Shown piece by piece: positions 51,215 through 60,399 of a stretch of DNA of 60,399 bases. How positions within the stretch are numbered: position 1 is the first letter of the stretch; every line of letters begins with the position of its first letter. Below the pieces are notes generated by a model. The model ran no database searches. It was not told where the DNA came from and saw only the letters and a program-made list of their open reading frames with translations. The DNA comes from Octopus bimaculoides (lineage: Eukaryota): contig NC_068988.1 of NCBI RefSeq assembly GCF_001194135.2, positions 58,700,616 to 58,761,014 of the forward strand, written 5' to 3'. The position numbers and the translations under genes are program-made.

Positions 51215-51308
51215 CTGTATTAGTAACGCTTTCATCTTTTGATTTGTATAACCAATATTGGGAATCTACTTGATTTTTTGTCTATCTTGGCTTTTATCGA
51301 ATTAGTCC

Positions 51309-51310
<2 letters not shown>
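51215..51310 (-). pseudogene. Short R4/Dong-like fragment homologous to 51960-52060
   Basis: agtaacgctttcatcttttgatttgtataaccaatattgggaatct versus agtaacgctttcctattttgacttgtatggccaatactgggaatct. Confidence 0.75.
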
Positions 51311-51377
<67 letters not shown>

Positions 51378-51378
51378 T
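51310..51378. repeat. (ATT)n
   Basis: Read directly. Confidence 0.97.
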
Positions 51379-52440
51379 TGATAAACGCACAACAGATTAG
51401 ACTGTCGGAGAAGAAAATATCCTAACATCGGGATACGAGAAGTAACCCCGCTTAAGTATAATAGTTGTCCCTATATAGCACTGTTTTCTAGAGCAGTATT
51501 ATACTGGGTTTTATGTCTATTTCCTCTATCCATCTGTTCAGATCTTTACGGGCAGTTACCAATACATCTATAACTACTAGCATACATTTTATCCGCACTT
51601 TTCCATAGTCTCTGTAATTCAATGTCTAGGTCCTAGTACTTTGTTATATTTTCTATACCTCTAATATTCATTTTTTTCATCGTTTGGAACTAAGTCAATT
51701 ATCTGGCACTTTCTATTCTCTTAGTCTACTACTACTACCAAACCAGGCCTTCTAGCTTCTATTATTCTGTCAGTCTCAATGTTAAAGTCCCACATCTTGT
51801 ATTTCTTACTTTCTAGTACTTTACTAGGTTCATATCCATGCCATTTATTAGTACGTTTAAATTCTAGCTTTCTACATATCTCCCAGTGCACTACTCTCTC
51901 TAGATTGTCATGTCTTTTCTTGTAATCTTTCTGTGTCAACATGCTACATTCGCTTACTATATGAGTAACGCTTTCCTATTTTGACTTGTATGGCCAATAC
52001 TGGGAATCTGCTTGGTTTTTGTCTAGCTTGGATGTTATCCAATTAGTACGTAATGCTTGATCTTGTGCAGCCACTAACAAACATTCAGTCTCCCTTTCCA
52101 GCTTTCTTTTCTGCAGCCATAACCATGTCATTTTGTTACTATTTGCTACAACTATCTTTGGGAATCTACCATGCAACGCCTTTTCCTGCCAGTCAGATAA
52201 TTTCTGTCCATTTTTCTGGTTTTTAACTTCGTTTAGGTTTTTGGTTTCCCTATGTTTCGCTGTGCCTCTAGCAGTTTTTTTAAAACCACTTTCTTCACTT
52301 TTACCTACATAGGAGTCTATATCAACTCTAGCTAACTCCACGCAGTCTTCTACTGATATTAGCCCTCTTCTGCCTTCCTTTCTAGATAAGTATAATTTTG
52401 TTACTCCTGTCCTTGGGTGGAGTCCTTCATTCATATTGTA
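51378..52440 (-). pseudogene. 5'-truncated R4/Dong-like retrotransposon with 3' UTR ending in (AAT)n
   Basis: ORFs 51976-52434 (GLHPRT..LYLSRKEGRRGLISVEDCV..WQEKALHGRF..WLWLQK..ETECLLVAAQDQALRTN) and 51721-51942 (YKKRHDN..VHWEICRK..WDFNIETDRIIEARRPGLVVV). Confidence 0.92.
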
Positions 52441-53489
52441 TTCATATCTATCCGACTCTAATAGTTAAATCACACCTTCTTTAAACCCTCCATTGAGTGT
52501 CAGTGTCGCAGTATCTTCGAGAACTTGATATAGATTCTCTTTCGATAGAAACCTGTAGTTGCGGGAACAACTTGGTCGTATGTTTCTTCTAAACACAAAT
52601 CATAGACGAGAGTTTCTTTTCCTTCTATGACTCGGTTATATTATACACAGCAGCTGTCATGTTTATCTTTTTTTCCGGAAATCTCTAGCTGAAAGTTAGA
52701 GTCTTCTGGAAAATATTATGCTCCCCAATTGTTTGCTTTTACGAATTTTTCTAGTCCTTCTCAGATAATACGAGTTGATGTTTACCACCGAATTTTGAGT
52801 CACCTAACCCAGGAAAAAACTGTTTCCGTCGAGGAATATTGAATTTACACACAAAGTTCTTTTATGTCCACTTGGTGCATTGGTGCATTATGTAATATTC
52901 CAATGCTTTGTCGGAAATATGCAAAGCACATACCTCCTGCTGCAAAACAATAAAAATCTGCAAACCTTCGAAAAGGCTCATAGTCATCCAAACCTTATTG
53001 AAAATTTGAATTAGTATCAGCTTTATCTTAGTGTAGATCTTCAACGGGTTTAGATTTTCTGAGCGATACATAATTAGTAGCTTTTATTTCCATGACACCA
53101 GCGGTATTTTCTCTTAAAAACACATTTTAGAAGCTTTAAAGTTTGATGCCAATTTTACTAGAAATAAATTTCTGTAACATANNNNNNNNNNNNNNNNNNN
53201 NNNNNNNNNNNNNNNNNNNNNNNNNNNNNNNNNNNNNNNNNNNNNNNNNNNNNNNNNNNNATCAGCATTTAACAATTAATCTCGTGTGTAGCCTGCTTAA
53301 CTACCTAAATTCGTGTAACTCACTCCTGGATAGGAAATAGAATAGAAAAAGGCATTGCAATATTCAAATTTATTGAAATTTTAAAATAAATTAGATAATG
53401 ATTAAAAAAAAAACTATAGATTTCGAAACCCCCTGTTCAAAACTATAACGTTAGGTTGAATAATGTTGCAAACGGAAATTATGATATAT

Positions 53490-54472
53490 TTCTATGATAT
53501 TCTCATGCAATACATCAACAATAGTGTGTTCGATCACCACCTTTCTCAATTATTTCAAAGACACTCAAGTGGAAGTTCTTCCCAGACTTTCTTCATTGCC
53601 CTTTCAAGTTCATCGACAAATGAACACTGCTTGCCTTCGCTGTACACAACATTCGTGAGGTATTCCCTATAGAATTAAGGTGGAACTTCTTGCTGGCTAT
53701 GGGCATGACGTCAACGCCAATTGTATGGAAGAAATCCAAAGTTGCCTTTGATTTATGAATAGGAGTATTGTCCTGTTGTTGAAAGATAAAATTCTCAGCA
53801 TGGAACCTTCTTCATTCTTCGTCAATGTGAGCCCCGTCCAACATTGATGTATCGTGACGCATTGAAACAGCCATCCATGATGACAAGAAGCAGTTTCCCA
53901 TTGACAGATATTGCTCTCCACACCCTAAGTCCTTCTCCGCTGTCCTGTCACTTGTAATCAGCAGAAGTTTGTAAATATTTGTCCGCCTAGTAATACTTAT
54001 GACCGTCGGAGCCATCGAAATTTCATTTTTTTTCTCATCAGAGAACAGATACCTGGTCCATTCACTATCCCATCTCTGATGCTACCGAACGAACTCTAAT
54101 CTAACAGCTTTGTGGGAAGGTGACAATAACGGACGCCCTAGGTGTATCTTCAGGTGGACCATGGTTCAAAATCACTCTTGCTATGGTGCACGTCGAGGTT
54201 CCTACTCTTACTGTTGTCTCGATTTTGGAAACAGGAGGGTAGTGTGACTTCTTCACAACTCTGTCAATGGCCCTTTCATTCCTTTCTCATGTAACCTTGG
54301 GACGTCCATCAGCATGAACCCTGTTATAGCTGTCAGGATCTTTCAGAAAATTCTCTGCTGGCGTTCTGCCTCGCCAATTCTTCCCGGCAATCATCCAGTT
54401 ACTCAGGCCTCCCGCTTTCAGTGCAAGAATCTTCCCTAGCTCAATTTCGGAAAGCTTTGTAGCGTTAGGCAT
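53490..54472 (-). pseudogene. Tc1/Tc3-like DD34E transposase pseudogene, near full length
   Basis: MPNATKLSEIELGKILALK..FLKDPDSY (Tc3-like HTH), YLFSDEKK, FDGSDG, VWRAIS..GK, FQQQDNTPIHKS..HLNSIGN. 34 residues separate the second D from the E position (mutated to G). Multiple stops and frameshifts. Confidence 0.9.
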
Positions 54473-55970
54473 ACTGGAAGTATAATATGGATCACGGAGA
54501 TTACGTCTAGACCGAATAGTTTCCGAAACAATCTGGAAAGAAATGAAGACGTATTAGTGGCTTTATAGTTTTAAAGTGTGGATATATTATGGAAAATCTA
54601 AATAGTGTTGCAATGAGATAATAAAGATACAAGATCTACATTTCAAAGTACATGCACTACCCATTTACAACAGATTATGCCCCTTAGTCCACTTAAATAC
54701 AGACCAAAGTGAGACATAAAAGAACATATGGCTTTCTAATTTTGAATAGTAGATTATATATATATATATATATNNNNNNNNNNNNNNNNNNNNNNNNNNN
54801 NNNNNNNNNNNNNNNNNNNNNNNNNNNNNNNNNNNNNNNNNNNNNNNNNNNNNNNNNNNNNNNNNNNNNNNNNNNNNNNNNNNNNNNNNNNNNNNNNNNN
54901 NNNNNNNNNNNNNNNNNNNNNNNNNNNNNNNNNNNNNNNNNNNNNNNNNNNNNNNNNNNNNNNNNNNNNNNNNNNNNNNNNNNNNNNNNNNNNNNNNNNN
55001 NNNNNNNNNNNNNNNNNNNNNNNNNNNNNNNNNNNNNNNNNNNNNNNNNNNNNNNNNNNNNNNNNNNNNNNNNNNNNNNNNNNNNNNNNNNNNNNNNNNN
55101 NNNNNNNNNNNNNNNNNNNNNNNNNNNNNNNNNNNNNNNNNNNNNNNNNNNNNNNNNNNNNNNNNNNNNNNNNNNNNNNNNNNNNNNNNNNNNNNNNNNN
55201 NNNNNNNNNNNNNNNNNNNNNNNNNNNNNNNNNNNNNNNNNNNNNNNNNNNNNNNNNNNNNNNNNNNNNNNNNNNNNNNNNNNNNNNNNNNNNNNNNNNN
55301 NNNNNNNNNNNNNNNNNNNNNNNNNNNNNNNNNNNNNNNNNNNNNNNNNNNNNNNNNNNNNNNNNNNNNNNNNNNNNNNNNNNNNNNNNNNNNNNNNNNN
55401 NNNNNNNNNNNNNNNNNNNNNNNNNNNNNNNNNNNNNNNNNNNNNNNNNNNNNNNNNNNNNNNNNNNNNNNNNNNNNNNNNNNNNNNNNNNNNNNNNNNN
55501 NNNNNNNNNNNNNNNNNNNNNNNNNNNNNNNNNNNNNNNNNNNNNNNNNNNNNNNNNNNNNNNNNNNNNNNNNNNNNNNNNNNNNNNNNNNNNNNNNNNN
55601 NNNNNNNNNNNNNNNNNNNNNNNNNNNNNNNNNNNNNNNNNNNNNNNNNNNNNNNNNNNNNNNNNNNNNNNNNNNNNNNNNNNNNNNNNNNNNNNNNNNN
55701 NNNNNNNNNNNNNNNNNNNNNNNNNNNNNNNNNNNNNNNATATATATAAATAAGGATAAGATCGATATTTAAAATATTGATCTTATCAAGTGGCCAGCAT
55801 GGGAATAAAAACCATCAAAGGTAAAAATTAGTTAAAATTATAATATAGGGTATCTAAGAGATACCACCACGCTGAAAATAACAGTCAAATCTTGACTCTA
55901 AACCACAATAAATGTTCATATAGCACGAAGAACGAAGACGAAGATAAAATAAACTAGCAAAAATACTGGA

Positions 55971-56300
55971 TAATTCCAGATCCCGGATTTCTGGCTTTGC
56001 ATAATAAAATGTTTTGCCTTCATCAGTGGAAATACACTCAGAAAAGTACATAAATACAAATATATATATATATAAACATACAATATACTTACATATATGA
56101 ACGTATACATACATATATATGCACGTATGCATACGATCAGTTTAAATTGCCCGCCTAAAAGCCCCTCGTGCGATATGGTCAGAATAATTACCGCAGTAAA
56201 TATAATGACAAAATAAATTTATATAGATAAGGATAAGATCGATATTTAAAAAGGCAAAGCATTTTATTATGCAAAGCCAGAAATCCGGGATCTGGAATTA
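55971..56300. repeat. 50-bp near-perfect inverted repeat next to a gap
   Basis: 55971-56020 versus 56251-56300 (one mismatch); also a 25-bp direct repeat at 55750-55774 / 56227-56251. Confidence 0.85.
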
Positions 56301-56409
56301 NNNNNNNNNNNNNNNNNNNNNNNNNNNNNNNNNNNNNNNNNNNNNNNNNNNNNNNNNNNNNNNNNNNNNNNNNNNNNNNNNNNNNNNNNNNNNNNNNNNN
56401 CACACACAC

Positions 56410-56440
<31 letters not shown>

Positions 56441-56449
56441 TGCACACAC

Positions 56450-56483
<34 letters not shown>

Positions 56484-57846
56484 TGAGAGGGATACATATA
56501 GATATGTCTTATTAACATCAATTATGTATCACAGAAGTTGAGAGCCCAGTTGATAACACAATATGTGTGTGTATATGTGCATGTGTGTGTGTATGTACAT
56601 GTGTGTGTGTATGTACATAAGTGTGTGTGTGTATATGTACATGTTTATGTGTGTGTGTGTGTATAAATTGTTCGAGATATATATATATACAGATATATAT
56701 TAAGAAAAAGGAGCTAGTCAAGTCTTAGGTAACAACTATTTAGCGCTTTCGCCCCTAAATTTTGCTTATCCAAATCCTGGCCGCTTCTTATTTTGTCTTA
56801 GCATGTAGGTTATACATATATATAAACATGTGCATGTATGTATATATATATATATATATATATNNNNNNNNNNNNNNNNNNNNNNNNNNNNNNNNNNNNN
56901 NNNNNNNNNNNNNNNNNNNNNNNNNNNNNNNNNNNNNNNNNNNNNNNNNNNNNNNNNNNNNNNNNNNNNNNNNNNNNNNNNNNNNNNNNNNNNNNNNNNN
57001 NNNNNNNNNNNNNNNNNNNNNNNNNNNNNNNNNNNNNNNNNNNNNNNNNNNNNNNNNNNNNNNNNNNNNNNNNNNNNNNNNNNNNNNNNNNNNNNNNNNN
57101 NNNNNNNNNNNNNNNNNNNNNNNNNNNNNNNNNNNNNNNNNNNNNNNNNNNNNNNNNNNNNNNNNNNNNNNNNNNNNNNNNNNNNNNNNNNNNNNNNNNN
57201 NNNNNNNNNNNNNNNNNNNNNNNNNNNNNNNNNNNNNNNNNNNNNNNNNNNNNNNNNNNNNNNNNNNNNNNNNNNNNNNNNNNNNNNNNNNNNNNNNNNN
57301 NNNNNNNNNNNNNNNNNNNNNNNNNNNNNNNNNNNNNNNNNNNNNNNNNNNNNNNNNNNNNNNNNNNNNNNNNNNNNNNNNNNNNNNNNNNNNNNNNNNN
57401 NNNNNNNNNNNNNNNNNNNNNNNNNNNNNNNNNNNNNNNNNNNNNNNNNNNNNNNNNNNNNNNNNNNNNNNNNNNNNNNNNNNNNNNNNNNNNNNNNNNN
57501 NNNNNNNNNNNNNNNNNNNNNNNNNNNNNNNNNNNNNNNNNNNNNNNNNNNNNNNNNNNNNNNNNNNNNNNNNNNNNNNNNNNNNNNNNNNNNNNNNNNN
57601 NNNNNNNNNNNNNNNNNNNNNNNNNNNNNNNNNNNNNNNNNNNNNNNNNNNNNNNNNNNNNNNNNNNNNNNNNNNNNNNNNNNNNNNNNNNNNNNNNNNN
57701 NNNNNNNNNNNNNNNNNNNNNNNNNNNNNNNNNNNNNNNNNNNNNNNNNNNNNNNNNNNNNNNNNNNNNNNNNNNNNNNNNNNNNNNNNNNNNNNNNNNN
57801 NNNNNNNNNNNNNNNNNNNNNNNNNNNNNNNNNNNNNNNNNNNNNN

Positions 57847-57881
<35 letters not shown>

Positions 57882-57945
57882 GTGTGTATTTATAGATATA
57901 TATATATATATATACATACATACATACATACACACATTTATACCT

Positions 57946-57986
<41 letters not shown>

Positions 57987-58612
57987 GGTAAACACACATG
58001 TATCAATACCTAATAACAGTATCGTCAGCAACAGTAACAATAACAACCGTAACATCATCAACATCAACAACAATAACGCCTACATGTAATACATTATGAA
58101 ATAGCCGACAGGCTGGGGTTTCTTCTAGTATGTGCATTTCTATATTTATATTTACATAGAAATATTCACAGATATAACGCAAGCAGATAGTGCAGACATT
58201 TACACAGGCTCATAAACGTATATAACACTCATATACACACCCTGTCTACCTCTTTCTCTCTCTCTCACACATAAATAGAAACGCACCCGCGCGCACGCAC
58301 ACACACACACATACAACACACACACACACACACACATGAGCATATGTTCTTCACTGCTTTCTTTTGTATGGTGCACGTGCGCAAATTCGCGTGGTACTTT
58401 GTCTTTGGAGTTTATATATGTGTTTGTGTGTTTGCATGCATTTATATGCGTATAGATAAATCTAGTGATAAGTATTTTTATAAATATGGATATTTCTTTA
58501 TACGTGAATGTCTGTGCACACACACACACACACACACNNNNNNNNNNNNNNNNNNNNNNNNNNNNNNNNNNNNNNNNNNNNNNNNNNNNNNNNNNNNNNN
58601 NNNNNNNNNNNN

Positions 58613-58666
<54 letters not shown>

Positions 58667-60399
58667 TTATATTCAATTGTGTGCGCTGATATGTATATGG
58701 AAATATGTGTATATTTATTCATATATGTATAAAAGCACACACACACAAACACGGTCGTTCTTTTATGTCGACATATGCATAAATCAGGCATATGATTACA
58801 TATGTATATATATTCACGCATTTTCATAATATATATAAAATACATATAGATACATTTATGCATCATATCTGCTACTAAGCTTCGGATATTTGTATATATA
58901 GAAATAAATCTGCCAATCTACAAAAATGTATACATTCTTATGTTTTTTATGAGCTGCTATCAATCACTCCATTTGGCCATACTATTTAATAACACTCATT
59001 GCCTTTTCGATTTTCTGCCTTTAACAATAGTTCATTGGCAGCGTATGGGCAACGGTTTTTGGTGGAGGATTGTTGGAATTTTTCGAATCCAAATCCAGCT
59101 TGACATTGACAATAGCAGTTAGATGTTATCATCTTGACCAGAATGAGAAAATGCTTTTCATCAGATCAACTTCACTTCTTCTCATTTTCTGAATTTTCAC
59201 TGTGTCTATTCTGACATTCGTCTGCACAGTATGATGTTATCATTTTAGTAATATATGCATAAAATGATGTGCCAATATATATAGGTCCCAGGTATTACAA
59301 CCGTCGTGTATGATATTTCAATAACTTCTCGTCATATTTAGTTTGGTTGCAATGAGTTAGACAGCTGAGTGTGTGGAGTATTAAAATTACTAATATTAAA
59401 TTCTGTATTGTTGACATCATGTTGTCGTCACTGTTACGTAAAATACGTCGCGCTTACACATTTACAATAGCTATATAGAAGCAATCATATGTATATCTCC
59501 GTAATCACTGTGAAAAAAGACTTCCATCTATCTCCGTTACAAGTCACCACCCAGTAATTTCAAACAGATATCAGATGCCCCACCTCACTTCGTAGAGGTT
59601 TCTGAACATGGCATCAAATATACTTGCACTATTACTACAACTAGTGGCAGTAGTAGTGGTAGTAATAATATTAGTTGTAGTGGTAGTGACAGCAGCAGTA
59701 ATGTTAGTTGTAGTAGTAGTAGTTAATATACCGTCAAGATAAACATATTAAATAGAAGTAATATGAAATTGTATTGGAGTAAGATAAAACCAGCTAACAC
59801 CATAGCGTAATTTGAAATCGGTTTCATCTGATTACCCAATAATCTGAACTGGGTGCACGTGTAATATGAAACTACTGCACAGGGAATGAGTAAACGAGAC
59901 CTGACGATGGCTTTAACGCAAATCATAATTACGGAAGCGACTGGCCAACTCGATCAAGCTCTCCCCTGGCGAAAGAGCAATAGATTCACCATAGGTGGGA
60001 AGCGGCTTTTTTTTCGCACTGAGAATAAAACTATGCTAATGAAATATATGGTTGTAATTTCGGAGTACTCCAGACCTAGACCTACTAGGGTGAAAACATT
60101 ATATGTTCAATCTTAATCACAAGGAGTTGCGAAAGGGTGCATCCAATTTTTACATGGTAGACTACAATAGTTTCCTGAGGTCAGCTACATGCAGTGTCAC
60201 ATCTGCACATTAAAACTGGTTTTTATATTTACATCACACTGAAGTAAATCCATTTGTTTCGTATTCGCCTCAATCTTGCGCCTTCAGCACACAAACATAC
60301 ACATCTAATAGTATATACGTGCATACACGTTCACTAAGTCAAACACGAGCGCACATATATACACACTCATTATATAAAGCTGTATATATATATATATAT

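Noticed and set aside
52450-52800. YYLRRTRKIRKSK on the minus strand as an upstream continuation of the Dong-like element
   Set aside because: Single weak motif, not collinear with the 52440 boundary; left unannotated.
54025-54045. CTGATGAGAAA on the minus strand
   Set aside because: It is simply the codons for the transposase FSDEKK motif.
55750-56300. 50-bp inverted repeat plus 25-bp direct repeat as a biological element
   Set aside because: Near-identical copies sit at a contig end between gaps, typical of chimeric-read or gap-filling artefacts. Needs long reads.
59886-60116. 76-aa ORF and nearby minus-strand acceptor ttttattctcAG
   Set aside because: No recognisable domain and no convincing donor.

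Overview
This is AT-rich eukaryotic genomic DNA, very dense in microsatellites, with about two dozen N-gaps almost all bordered by simple repeats. The SINE families and repeat landscape look like an octopus/coleoid cephalopod draft assembly (inferred from recalled repeat families, not verified). No intact host gene, rRNA, tRNA gene or CRISPR array can be supported. Most ORFs in the supplied track are translations of (TA)n/(CA)n/(ATT)n tracts or N-gaps. The recognisable content is decayed mobile DNA: (i) two Penelope-like (PLE) ORF fragments; (ii) two related ~185-bp elements in TA-rich microsatellite context carrying minimal hammerhead-ribozyme (HHR) motifs with a compensatory stem-II change; (iii) a ~640-bp foldback/MITE with ~180-bp TIRs; (iv) three IS630-Tc1-mariner remnants (Tc1 HTH, maT-like, Tc3-like DD34E); (v) many copies of three SINE families, called A, B and C here; (vi) a Hero-like RLE fragment; (vii) an ~8.6-kb cluster (43.8-52.4 kb) of at least 11 5'-truncated R4/Dong-like restriction-like-endonuclease retrotransposon fragments, all on the minus strand and interleaved with (ATT)n tracts. 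The two most interesting signals are the HHR mini-elements and the co-oriented Dong-like array. A few weak splice-signal candidates are flagged at low confidence. Coordinates were read by eye and element edges are approximate.
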